Positions 40,366-50,191 of a stretch of 64,000 nucleotides of DNA are shown here, piece after piece (position 1 is the stretch's first letter; each line of letters opens with the position of its first letter). The notes under the pieces are model-generated. The model saw only the letters and a program-made list of their open reading frames with translations, did no database searches and was not told the DNA's origin. The DNA is from an uncultured virus (IMG/VR IMGVR_UViG_3300030339_000028) (Duplodnaviria > Heunggongvirae > Uroviricota > Caudoviricetes). The translations under genes were made by a program, and so were the position numbers. Location: the IMG/VR virus record IMGVR_UViG_3300030339_000028; one strand, given 5' to 3'.

Positions 40366-40695
40366 TTATTTAAATCGGTTAGCAACTTCCACAAGTAACT
40401 GCGGAGGAAATTTATAATAGAAATCGTCACTTAGAATAGTAATACTCTTTTTAGAAACATCAACATAGACTCCACTAAAAGGAAAAGGAATACTTTCAGG
40501 AAAGTTTTCTGTTTCACATTTGCAAGCATAATAAGAAAGAGGCATTGGTGATTTAACCCCTCCGTAACATACTTGATGTCTTTTAGTGAAAATATTTACA
40601 ACTTCTGGTTCTAACTTCTTAATCAAGTATTTAAAAACCCAATGCAGTTTCTCATCAGTTGTGTATTCTATTTCTTTGTTTCTTGAACGTATCAT
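40366..40695 (-). CDS. Hypothetical protein
   Basis: Start set at ATG 40695 (ATGA overlap with the clamp stop), MIRSRNK... Confidence 0.5.
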   Translation of the reverse strand: MIRSRNKEIEYTTDEKLHWVFKYLIKKLEPEVVNIFTKRHQVCYGGVKSPMPLSYYACKCETENFPESIPFPFSGVYVDVSKKSITILSDDFYYKFPPQLLVEVANRFK

Positions 40696-41711
40696 TTTTT
40701 CAATGCTTTTAAAGCTGAGACATACACCCAATTTGGTCCTTTAAACTTTAGTCTGTTAGTAACTAATCTGCCTTCTAAGGACTGATTAATAATGCCTTTC
40801 AGTAAGTATGGGGTAATAAAGAATTCTACTTCCTCACCTTTGTAATCCATGTCAACAGACTCCTCAAACCATCCTGACTCAGACTCTCCTTTCATCTTTA
40901 GTTTTTTACTTTCTAAAGTGATTTGAACAGTCTCATCCAACATGTGATCCCTTTTAGCAAAGACAGCAGCTCTGTCTAACACACCTGCAATCTCTTTAGG
41001 TAGTGTAAACTTTGTACCTTTCATGTCAAGTATAGGATCTGTATTTGGAAACTTATCTGAGAATACTCTGCAAGACAAAACAGTACCTGCTTCATTCTTA
41101 AAGTGAATCCATCCGTTTCCTTTTGCTACTTTTGTAGGCTTCAGTTTGTACATAACTACCGCAGCTGGTACAGGTAACAGTATATTGTCTAAAGGCATCT
41201 TTTCAGACATTGTGTACTGCATAACTCTTAAGTCGTCTGAGGACTCAATAATACCATCTTTCCTGATATGTATGCAGGTTAAAACAGGACGGGACATATT
41301 CCTTGAAGCACAAGGCATAGCAAGGTTAATTCCTTCTAAAAACTGTTTTGGAAGTTCTTTCCACTTTTCCTTGTAGGCAATTTCCTCTTCCAAAGGAAGT
41401 TTGATTTCTTGCTGCAAAGTTAAACCTGCTTTCGCTCTACCAGACTTTAAAAGTATTTCACTACCTTTGATGTCCATGGTTACTGTATCAGTAGAAAACT
41501 TACCTAAAATCTGATAAAGTTTTTCTGCTTTGATAGCACCGGTTAATTCTAACCCTTTTATTGGGTGTGCAATAGAGATGTCATCATTGTATGTGACAAT
41601 TTTGTCTCCCATAAATGCAAATGAGGTAGATTGTTCTACCAACTCTTTGTTTGCAAGTCCTGGTTTGACAATCTCCAATGCTTTTAATAGATCAATTCTG
41701 TTAATTTCCAT
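40692..41711 (-). CDS. dnaN: Sliding clamp (DNA Pol III beta-like)
   Basis: 339 aa; RPVLTCIHI, SSD..R, KFPN and L.RAAVFA motifs of beta clamps; clamp loader nearby. Confidence 0.8.
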   Translation of the reverse strand: MEINRIDLLKALEIVKPGLANKELVEQSTSFAFMGDKIVTYNDDISIAHPIKGLELTGAIKAEKLYQILGKFSTDTVTMDIKGSEILLKSGRAKAGLTLQQEIKLPLEEEIAYKEKWKELPKQFLEGINLAMPCASRNMSRPVLTCIHIRKDGIIESSDDLRVMQYTMSEKMPLDNILLPVPAAVVMYKLKPTKVAKGNGWIHFKNEAGTVLSCRVFSDKFPNTDPILDMKGTKFTLPKEIAGVLDRAAVFAKRDHMLDETVQITLESKKLKMKGESESGWFEESVDMDYKGEEVEFFITPYLLKGIINQSLEGRLVTNRLKFKGPNWVYVSALKALKK

Positions 41712-42244
41712 TATTTGGTATTTAGATACATTTTAAGATCTTTTTCTAATTCAGACACTCTTTTAAACTTTGGTAAGTACTCTGCAGGTATCCACATCCT
41801 GTTTTTCCTGTCTGGGCGTCCTCTGTATGTCAACTCATAATGTTCTTTAGGAATGTCCGTATAAGGAAATAGAACGTACCTGTTACTCTGTTTGACATAC
41901 AAAAGTAAGAACACTTTGTTTTTCAAGAGATACTGTAATTGAGCTTCGACTCTTTCTTCTTCGGTAGTTTTGTCAACCATTTCCTCAGAAATATTACTGT
42001 TGGCTCTGCTGTCAATATTGTGCAAAGTTTCTACAACAATAATCTGAGTCAATAAATAGTTGTTTTTATCTTTACCAAAGTAGATCCTTTGTTTGTTACT
42101 TGTACCGTCAGACTTGTCTTTAAGACACTCAAATCCTGCTTTTTTCAATAAAGGAAGAACGTAGGAGTGGATGTCAGATAAGTTCTTATCTGATCCTCCT
42201 TTGTAGCCTGATCCTTTTTTCTCTTCTTCTGGAAACAGTCCCAT
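41711..42244 (-). CDS. Hypothetical protein
   Basis: 177-aa ORF coupled to the clamp gene. Confidence 0.55.
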   Translation of the reverse strand: MGLFPEEEKKGSGYKGGSDKNLSDIHSYVLPLLKKAGFECLKDKSDGTSNKQRIYFGKDKNNYLLTQIIVVETLHNIDSRANSNISEEMVDKTTEEERVEAQLQYLLKNKVFLLLYVKQSNRYVLFPYTDIPKEHYELTYRGRPDRKNRMWIPAEYLPKFKRVSELEKDLKMYLNTK

Positions 42245-42248
42245 GTTC

Positions 42249-42443
42249 TTATCTTTTAAAGATGACAGAAATCATAACAATTAAAACAAGAACAAGAATT
42301 ACGGCAGCAACACCTCCCCATAAAGGAGCAGTTACCCACCACCAGGACCAATCAATTGTGTGTGTTAATTTTAAAATCAAAAACACAATAAATAAAACGG
42401 TAAAGAAACTTATACCGGATGTTGAATTACTTTCTTTTGACAT
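42249..42443 (-). CDS. Small 2-TM membrane protein
   Basis: LFIVFLILKL...IDWSWWWVTAPLW motif common in phages. Confidence 0.7.
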   Translation of the reverse strand: MSKESNSTSGISFFTVLFIVFLILKLTHTIDWSWWWVTAPLWGGVAAVILVLVLIVMISVIFKR

Positions 42444-42555
42444 GATTAGGTATTATTACAGATTGTTAAAAATAAACTCAAAATTGATAAAAGTAAAGCT
42501 ACTATTGAAACAACATAAGCAGCCGTCTGATTAGTAGGAGACTCTTCTTCCATGA

Positions 42556-43626
42556 TTAGGTATTTTTAAGTGATAAAACATACTCTGCATTCTTTTCGTA
42601 GAAAAAGGATCTAAGAGTTCCTTTTAATTTAGAGATACTTTCAACAGCAACACCTTTCCAAAACTCATCCTCTTCACTTTTGCTTAATATTCCAGCAAAG
42701 TAAAAAGTCATGTATTGTGGACATTCTCCTTGTACAGGTGGTGTTGATTGCCTAGTGTGCATACTCCAGGGCCAGTTTGGAACTGTTTCCTGTATAACTT
42801 CAGAGAACATGAGATAATTCCAAACAACTCGTTGGATAATACTTGCTCCTAATTGATCAATAGTCATCCCATACTTCTCAAGACGTTTGTCAAATGCTTT
42901 TTTGGTATGCTTACTCATTCCTCCCAGCCAATTACCTGCTTGAGCTTCTAAACCAAACCCACATTCATTTTCTTTAATGATTTTAGGTCTAGCAGATACT
43001 TGGAAAGTACTTATCGGATTTTCTTTATCCTCGATCGGAATTACAATAGACCCGAAGTTAGCAAGTTTTCTGCAAGTTGCACTATCCACAGAATACCAAG
43101 AGTAACGCTTCATTAAAGGTAAACTGGTACAAGCAAATCCATGAAGCTTAACTTTTGGAAATCCGTCACTGTCTAATAAATGATCTTTAAACAGTTTATC
43201 AAGCAAAGGGATTAAAACACTTGTCGGGTTAGGTACAAGACCTCCGATTGCTATGTAGTCATAAGACTTGAGATAACGCTCTAACCATTTTACGTCATTC
43301 CCTAAATGCCAAACAGGAATAGGGTGCAAGCCTGCCTCCTCAAGAATCTTTTGATTTCTGTAGGTAAGCTGCGGATTGTTAATAACGTCTAAGTTGGAGT
43401 AAACATTAACTTCGTCACTATGTTTCAGCATGAAATCAATGTAAGATTGTCTATATGCTGCATACTCCGGTTTGTCTACATATGAGTAATCATCAAATTT
43501 ACGTTCACTCATTTTAGTACCCATTATGCCTTTAGCATCAGATAATACATTCCTTGACAACTTGTTGTACAAAGAAGGTGCACCGCAGTCAATAAAGACT
43601 TTGTAATCGTAGATAGAATGTTTCAT
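42556..43626 (-). CDS. dpdA: DpdA-like / TGT-fold guanine transglycosylase (DNA 7-deazaguanine insertion)
   Basis: FIDCGAPS, NLDVI, PIPVWH, YIAIGGLV, KLHGFA and YSVDSAT motifs; clustered with folE/queD/queE. Confidence 0.75.
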   Translation of the reverse strand: MKHSIYDYKVFIDCGAPSLYNKLSRNVLSDAKGIMGTKMSERKFDDYSYVDKPEYAAYRQSYIDFMLKHSDEVNVYSNLDVINNPQLTYRNQKILEEAGLHPIPVWHLGNDVKWLERYLKSYDYIAIGGLVPNPTSVLIPLLDKLFKDHLLDSDGFPKVKLHGFACTSLPLMKRYSWYSVDSATCRKLANFGSIVIPIEDKENPISTFQVSARPKIIKENECGFGLEAQAGNWLGGMSKHTKKAFDKRLEKYGMTIDQLGASIIQRVVWNYLMFSEVIQETVPNWPWSMHTRQSTPPVQGECPQYMTFYFAGILSKSEEDEFWKGVAVESISKLKGTLRSFFYEKNAEYVLSLKNT

Positions 43627-44648
43627 AATTCTCGTATGATTTTAATCATGTTTGGAATAGCATCCTTTCCTTTCTTCATAATAGTGTAATGTTGTTGATT
43701 CATGGATAAGTCAGGGTAGTACAAAATAAGCATCCTGATTCTGTCTACTAAATCACATTCACAATCATATTTAAAAATAGGAAGATACATTTCGGAATAA
43801 GACAGTCTGTTTGGTACAAGTGGTAAGCATCCACATATAACAGATTCTTGCATAGCAATACCCCAGGTCTCTTGATCAGCAAACGATACAGAAATGTATG
43901 CTTTTTGAAGTATTTGGTAATACCTGTCTTTTGTGTCACAGAACTTCTTTGTCATACAAAAGTTCCAATCAGAAAACTCATCCTCTAAGTCTGCTTTAAG
44001 TTTATTAAACATTTGAGGATTCTTTTCTGCATCAAGTCTGTGAGGAAATACAATAATCTTTTCCCGATTAGTATATTCTCTTGTAAACTCTGGGTTGATA
44101 AAATCCGTATAGAATGGAAACCCTGTTACTTCAATCTTATTAGGATTTTTCCACATCCTTGTTTTAATGAGCAGTCTTTTATGGAACTCTGTAGCAACAA
44201 AAATCTTGTCTACAATCCCATTAAGCCAACCCATCTCCATGTGCTCTGCCCAAGGAGTCATTCCTTTTTTATTCAAAAAGTCAAACTCGTCGTAACTGCC
44301 TGCATGAAGGCATCCGCAAATCTTGAGATACTTTAGACCTAACCCTTCTCGGATGTATGCAATAGTCTCAAGCCCAGGAAACCAAAGATCATGAAAAAAC
44401 AATACTATTTTTTCTTCCTTATCATACCCAGACAAAAATTTTAGTATCATCTGGAGTTGCGATGTTTTGTACTGATTTGTTTCAATAACATCCAAGAAAC
44501 TGCCACTGTTAATTTTACCACTTGTTTCCTGTCCGTAAACATGAACAACATCTAAGCCTGAGGTTTCAAAAGCAGCTTTAAACCACTTGTCCCATTGTGT
44601 TGAGTATCGCTCCTCGAGCGGCTCAATAGGAATATTGAGTATTACCAT
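43623..44648 (-). CDS. GT-B (GT4-like) glycosyltransferase
   Basis: IIVFPHRL..EK.P and QETWGIAMQES...GC.PLVP; start set at ATG 44648. Confidence 0.8.
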   Translation of the reverse strand: MVILNIPIEPLEERYSTQWDKWFKAAFETSGLDVVHVYGQETSGKINSGSFLDVIETNQYKTSQLQMILKFLSGYDKEEKIVLFFHDLWFPGLETIAYIREGLGLKYLKICGCLHAGSYDEFDFLNKKGMTPWAEHMEMGWLNGIVDKIFVATEFHKRLLIKTRMWKNPNKIEVTGFPFYTDFINPEFTREYTNREKIIVFPHRLDAEKNPQMFNKLKADLEDEFSDWNFCMTKKFCDTKDRYYQILQKAYISVSFADQETWGIAMQESVICGCLPLVPNRLSYSEMYLPIFKYDCECDLVDRIRMLILYYPDLSMNQQHYTIMKKGKDAIPNMIKIIREL

Positions 44649-44658
44649 TTTAAATAAA

Positions 44659-46014
44659 TTATTTAATGATTCCGAAACGTGCAAGGATGGCAAAAGTGAT
44701 AGCCATCTGTGTTTTTACATACGTAGATTCCCCGTATATGTAATCGCCTACTGTCATCCCGATTTCAATGTCCTTTGTAGGAAGTGTTACATTGTATAAG
44801 TTTAAATAAGGGAAGGCTGATTCAAGCAAATTCGGGCTGTATTCAGTAATGACACTCTCGAGGAAACTATGAGGCAAATATGAAGGTACTAACCTAATAG
44901 GTCTTTCTGTTAAAGTCATTCCTTTTTTATTGGCAGCATTATCGATCGAGGTTCCTTCGTATCTCTGGAAGAATTGTCCTAGTCCGCCTTTTGTACCATT
45001 TGTTCGAAGTCGACCAACAACCTCTTCCATCTCAAACCCATTCTCCAGCATAAACTCTCCTGTCTTGTTCAAAGACTTAATTGTCTCCCCAGGAAAGAAT
45101 GTAAGCAGCAACCAGAATATTTTAAATGGCAGCATGTGTTGAATTGCAGCTAAGTTTTCACAATCATCTAAATCTTTTCCTTGTCCCATAGATTGTGAAA
45201 CTTTTGCATCTCCGGATTCAAATCCAATCTCAATAATTTCCAGTCCGGCATTTTTGATAATATCTACACCGTATTTATCAATAAAAGCAAGCACCTTGTC
45301 TGAAGATCCTAATGCAATCAGATGCATTTCTTTTCCGTTTAAATACAACAGGATTTCTCTTGCTCTGTCAATGTCATAAAAGAAATCCTCATCCGTAAAA
45401 TGGATGTTCTTAATTTCTTGTTTAGTACACATTATGAGCATATTGAAAACATCCTTTAAAGGAAGTTCAATTCTACGTTTACCACAGTTAGTAGTCGATG
45501 GACAAAAAGCACATCCGTTCGGACAACCGTAAGATGTAAACAGCGGGTAAACTTTCTCATCTTTGTCCAAGTGTTTGAGGTGCATGTCACAATCACTTAA
45601 AAGTAATCTTTTAAAATGAGAATAATAAACCGGGTACATCAACATTGCTGTTTTAAGACTGTTTTCATCTTGTAAAGGATCAAACCCCAATGTCAATTCT
45701 ATATGAGGTAATCCTAACTGTTTAATCAGCGGAGTGTACCCTACAAAGAATACATTATTTTTACCATACATAAAGGGCAACATTTGTGCCAGTAACGTCG
45801 CAGTTTCTATCTGTGGGTAAGACCACAAACATACTATTTGAACAGCAGCGTCTGTTATTAAGTCAAGATCCTCAGGCTGGAAGCTTTCGTACAAAGTTAC
45901 ATCATTTGTAGGTGCTAAAAAGTTGTAACAAAGGTAAGGGGCGTAGCAAAATGATCCGCGATTGAATTCAGTCGATGAAGGATCGATTATGTTTATTTTT
46001 AAATATTTTTGCAT
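44659..46014 (-). CDS. Radical SAM enzyme with N-terminal cobalamin-binding-like domain (class B architecture)
   Basis: TSYGCPNGCAFC (CxxxCxxC), FTDEDF and IGFESGD; ~150-aa Rossmann-like N-domain. Confidence 0.78.
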   Translation of the reverse strand: MQKYLKINIIDPSSTEFNRGSFCYAPYLCYNFLAPTNDVTLYESFQPEDLDLITDAAVQIVCLWSYPQIETATLLAQMLPFMYGKNNVFFVGYTPLIKQLGLPHIELTLGFDPLQDENSLKTAMLMYPVYYSHFKRLLLSDCDMHLKHLDKDEKVYPLFTSYGCPNGCAFCPSTTNCGKRRIELPLKDVFNMLIMCTKQEIKNIHFTDEDFFYDIDRAREILLYLNGKEMHLIALGSSDKVLAFIDKYGVDIIKNAGLEIIEIGFESGDAKVSQSMGQGKDLDDCENLAAIQHMLPFKIFWLLLTFFPGETIKSLNKTGEFMLENGFEMEEVVGRLRTNGTKGGLGQFFQRYEGTSIDNAANKKGMTLTERPIRLVPSYLPHSFLESVITEYSPNLLESAFPYLNLYNVTLPTKDIEIGMTVGDYIYGESTYVKTQMAITFAILARFGIIK

Positions 46015-46026
46015 CGTTTTAATTTT

Positions 46027-46356
46027 TTAATCTTTATAAATCTCAGCGCCATTTTCCCCGTCCTCAAAGACAGACACAAAATCAGCATTAAACTTTTCCA
46101 TTAATTCCCAAGATATCATTTCACAAGACTTTTCTTTTAAATGTTTGTCTCTGTATTTCTCAGAAATAAAAGAGTCTATTTTCATCTTCTCTGATATAAA
46201 CTCAACATCCCTATCCATGTGCTTTATTTTAAACTTCATGGTAACATGGAAAACGTGTCTGTGAGCAGATGCTAAATAATAAACTTCTGGAATGTTGCAT
46301 GAGGGCCAGTTATGTGTGGCTGGAAAACTTGTTGTGATTACTACAAATTTTTTCAT
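46027..46356 (-). CDS. QueD-paralogous T-fold protein, DpdL-like
   Basis: H.W, LASAHRHVFHV (LxxxHRHxF), DRDVEF, SCEM and V.EDGENGA. Confidence 0.65.
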   Translation of the reverse strand: MKKFVVITTSFPATHNWPSCNIPEVYYLASAHRHVFHVTMKFKIKHMDRDVEFISEKMKIDSFISEKYRDKHLKEKSCEMISWELMEKFNADFVSVFEDGENGAEIYKD

Positions 46357-46628
46357 TTTATTACTTTTTCAAATACATGGAAGATTAATTTTCCAATCAG
46401 CAATTGATATGTACCAATGTAAACTAAATTGTCTGCATCTGGTATATCATGTCCGGTACCGTATGTGTAGATGATTCTTGTTTCCAATGCAGCAACAGCA
46501 TCATCTACAAGTGCCCAGATACAAGGAGTGTCATTTTGTGTTTGAACACAAAGTATTTTTGAATCTACAGGAAGATCAATAAACTGATTCTTTATTGTTT
46601 CCAATGAGTATTTGTAAATTGTCTTCAT
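46353..46628 (-). CDS. Small conserved phage protein
   Basis: MKTIYKY.L...ILCVQ.Q...CIWALVD...GTGH...YIGTYQ...FHVFE. Confidence 0.65.
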   Translation of the reverse strand: MKTIYKYSLETIKNQFIDLPVDSKILCVQTQNDTPCIWALVDDAVAALETRIIYTYGTGHDIPDADNLVYIGTYQLLIGKLIFHVFEKVIK

Positions 46629-47173
46629 TTTATCATTTGCATTAATTCTGCCTTAGCAGCAGCATTGGTAAAAAACTCTCCCTTCATCGAAGAAGTAACC
46701 ATAGTTGAACCTTGTTTACCTACTCCTCGCATTCTCATGCACATATGACAAGCTTCAATAATACAAGCAGCACCTTTAGGTTGCAGATATTGCATTAGAG
46801 CGTCTGTTACCTGTTCTCCAATACGTTCTTGGATTTGCATCCTACGGGAAAACATATCTACAAGTCTTGCAAGTTTAGAGATCCCAATAACATGTTCCCC
46901 GGGTATATAAGCTACATGAGCAACTCCGTAAAAAGGAAGCATGTGATGTTCACACATACTGTAGATTTCAATATCTTTTAATAAAACAATTTGATTGTAA
47001 GTACCTACTTCAAACACAGTAAGCAAGTCTGCAGGATCTTTTCCATAGCCAGAATATAACTCACCCCAGGACTTAACAATGCGATTTGGAGTGTCTAACA
47101 GCCCTTCTCTAGTTGGATCTTCACCAATATACGACAATTGATCCGCAATTATCTGAACGATAGTTCTTTGCAT
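46625..47173 (-). CDS. folE: GTP cyclohydrolase I
   Basis: REGLLDTPNR, SMCEHHMLPF, GISKLAR, QIQER and HMCM.MRG. Confidence 0.95.
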   Translation of the reverse strand: MQRTIVQIIADQLSYIGEDPTREGLLDTPNRIVKSWGELYSGYGKDPADLLTVFEVGTYNQIVLLKDIEIYSMCEHHMLPFYGVAHVAYIPGEHVIGISKLARLVDMFSRRMQIQERIGEQVTDALMQYLQPKGAACIIEACHMCMRMRGVGKQGSTMVTSSMKGEFFTNAAAKAELMQMIK

Positions 47174-47185
47174 TTCTTAAAGTTT

Positions 47186-47220
47186 AAAAAATAAGGGAAG
47201 ACAGTCACGAACTTCCCTTA
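47186..47220 (-). terminator. Intrinsic terminator
   Basis: TAAGGGAAG-N11-CTTCCCTTA followed by TTTTT on the minus strand. Confidence 0.7.
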
Positions 47221-47247
47221 CTTAGATTTAAATAAAAATTGGATGGA

Positions 47248-48075
<828 letters not shown>

Positions 48076-48447
48076 TTTAACGAATTTTTAATGATTAATG
48101 ATTAATTCAATACTAATTAACAAGTCTTAAGTATAAGGATAAAAATTAGTCTTCTATTGCCTTAGGGATGTTTTCTACAACATCTTCCAAAGAATAAATT
48201 ATATCCTCAAGTAGAGCAGCCGTTTGGGCATATTTTTGGCCCTCAATAGTAGCCTGATCCTCTTCCGATAAATTGGCAAAGGATTGTATTTCATCGTCTT
48301 TTATTTCTGTTAATAAATTTTTAGCAGTTTTAACAAGACTGGAAACTTTATTTAATAATTCTGACTTTTCTTTTTCCATAGAATTAATGTGTAAAAAATG
48401 AACCGTAAATAACCCTTTCGTAATATGCTGTAACTTTTTGTTCATTT

Positions 48448-49224
48448 TTAAATCCCGATTTTCTTCCCCCATACAATAATGTGTTCTCTGGTACAATATC
48501 TTACCTCATGTTTTATAGCCATCTCAATAACCATTTCTCTGTTTGCTTCAATGTCCTCTTTTGTAGAGCCTTGAGGCATCAAAATGATTTGTTCTCTTTG
48601 AATAATACCTGTACTGAGATATAAACAATCTATCTCATCCCATTCTTTTTGACTGGTAATAACAAATTTAAACCAAGAGTTATTTAAAGCAGCTAAAGTT
48701 TCTAAGATTGCAGGTTTGTAACATACATCTACATCATTGCCAGAATTGGAAAGTTTAGGAGAATTGTTCCAACATGAGATGTAATGCACCAATTCATCCA
48801 TCGGCTTGATAGTACATTCATTCTCTATCTCAATATAAGGACAGAATGAGTATCTTTTGATAAACTCATTAATAAAATTCAGCACAGACATCTGCTGACA
48901 TAACGGGCTTCCTCCTGTAAGTACTAGATGTTGCCCGTGCAATAATTTGTTTGGTAAACCGCAGACATCCATTAGACAAAACAACTCTGCAAACGTATAA
49001 GGATTTCCTTGCCTCCATACTTCCGTAGTATCACACCAAGTACAATCCAATACACATCCTTTCAATCTTAAAAAGGCTGCAGGAACTCCTGCGTTAACAC
49101 CTTCTCCTTGAATAGAGTCGCAAAAGAATTCCGACACATGGAGTATGTGTGCTTTAGGTAACCTTCCACTTTCAATAATCTTAGTAAAGGTTGGAAACGC
49201 TTTGATTATTTGAGTAGCTTCCAT
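48448..49224 (-). CDS. queE: 7-carboxy-7-deazaguanine synthase (radical SAM)
   Basis: SIQGEG...G.PAAFLRLKGCVLDCTWCDT, VLTGG.P, SPKLSNSG and FKFVI. Confidence 0.92.
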   Translation of the reverse strand: MEATQIIKAFPTFTKIIESGRLPKAHILHVSEFFCDSIQGEGVNAGVPAAFLRLKGCVLDCTWCDTTEVWRQGNPYTFAELFCLMDVCGLPNKLLHGQHLVLTGGSPLCQQMSVLNFINEFIKRYSFCPYIEIENECTIKPMDELVHYISCWNNSPKLSNSGNDVDVCYKPAILETLAALNNSWFKFVITSQKEWDEIDCLYLSTGIIQREQIILMPQGSTKEDIEANREMVIEMAIKHEVRYCTREHIIVWGKKIGI

Positions 49225-49227
49225 TGT

Positions 49228-49587
49228 TTACTTTTCTAAAGAGTAACGAGCATTCGTTTTCGGTGTCTCAGAAATCTCAATTGCATTTAACTGTGGTAAA
49301 CTCAATTTAAAAATCTGGTAGATGTGCATTGACATATTCTCAGCAGTAGGATTAAAGTCAAACACATCATTAAGATGTTTGTGATCCATTGTTTCATCAA
49401 TCCATTGTTTGATGTAGTCAAGTCCTCTGTAATCAAATACAAAGCCTACATCATTTAGATTGTCTGAGATTAACTCTACTCTAATAACGTAGTTATGGCC
49501 GTGTAATCTGGCACAAGGGTGTTCCTTTGGTAGTCCGTTTAATACATGACTAGAACAACAGGTAAACTCTTTTGTAATTTTGAACAT
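49228..49587 (-). CDS. queD: 6-carboxy-5,6,7,8-tetrahydropterin synthase
   Basis: CARLHGHNY, DHKHLND, PTAEN and ETP. Confidence 0.93.
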   Translation of the reverse strand: MFKITKEFTCCSSHVLNGLPKEHPCARLHGHNYVIRVELISDNLNDVGFVFDYRGLDYIKQWIDETMDHKHLNDVFDFNPTAENMSMHIYQIFKLSLPQLNAIEISETPKTNARYSLEK

Positions 49588-49616
49588 GATTTTCTATTTT
49601 AGTGTTATTAATGTTT

Positions 49617-49771
49617 CAATAAGGTGTGGGCTTTTGACACCCACACCGGAAAACTACTGCCTCTTAGGCTGCGGCTTTCATTTGATAATCGTTGCCGATT
49701 GTAATCAGAACATTCTTTGTGAATTAAATCACTAATTACTCACCTTATTGCTGTCAAAACCAGGCTGCCCC
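49617..49771 (-). ncRNA. ssrA: Permuted tmRNA, coding piece; tag (A)GNDYQMKAAA*
   Basis: 5' end GGGGCAG-CCTGGTTTTGAC at 49771; tag frame GGC AAC GAT TAT CAA ATG AAA GCC GCA GCC TAA at 49696-49664; 3' boundary approximate. Confidence 0.85.
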
Positions 49772-49874
49772 GTTATAAATACTCTGATGTGCCACGTTTA
49801 GATGACGAACTACACCTGTTGCCTTCAGAGTAAACCGTACTAAAGTGACGGGTTAACTTCTCTTGACGGAACTG

Positions 49875-49930
49875 TGGAGCAGGGCGGAATCGAACCGCCG
49901 TCCAAACAACAGACTCCGTAATCAGAATGA
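49875..49930 (-). ncRNA. ssrA: Permuted tmRNA, acceptor piece
   Basis: GGAC-GGCGG-TTCGATT-CCGCC-CTGCTCC-A; CTGCTCC pairs with GGGGCAG giving G3.U70; lies upstream of the coding piece; 5' boundary approximate. Confidence 0.85.
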
Positions 49931-49935
49931 ACTTG

Positions 49936-50063
49936 TGGAGGGGAGGAGAATCAAACTCCTCAGTGATGTTCCGTGTCCGAGCAGACTTAAGCAAATCCCG
50001 TCTGTTAACCATCTACGTTGCGGCCGCGTTACCGCAGGCACATTACCCATTTTGATACCCCCC
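49936..50063 (-). ncRNA. Atypical 128-nt tRNA-like RNA with G3.U70 (Ala-type) acceptor stem
   Basis: 5' GGGGGG pairs with 3' CCCTCC-A; T-arm-like GAGGAG-TTTGATT-CTCCTC; internal hairpins but no canonical anticodon arm. Confidence 0.55.
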
Positions 50064-50076
50064 GATTAAAAATTTG

Positions 50077-50191
50077 TGAGACTACCAGGACTCGAACCTG
50101 GAACTGAGGAACCATATATCAGCACGGCTATTCTTAAACCTCAATGTCCGAACTGTTTTAGGTTGGTGTCTGCCAATTCCACCATAGTCTC
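50077..50191 (-). tRNA. Atypical 115-nt tRNA (Leu-type D arm; anticodon not assignable)
   Basis: Acceptor GAGACTA/TAGTCTC-A, D arm GTG-GAATTGGCAGA-CAC, T arm CCAGG-TTCGAGT-CCTGG; short anticodon stem and very long extra arm. Confidence 0.7.

Noticed and set aside
41711..42244. Modification-discriminating nuclease downstream of dpdA
   Set aside because: The position is suggestive, but I cannot identify a convincing PD-(D/E)xK or HNH motif.
49773..50069. ORFs 49773..50012 (-) and 49863..50069 (+)
   Set aside because: They overlap the tmRNA acceptor piece and the tRNA-like RNA, which explain the sequence better.
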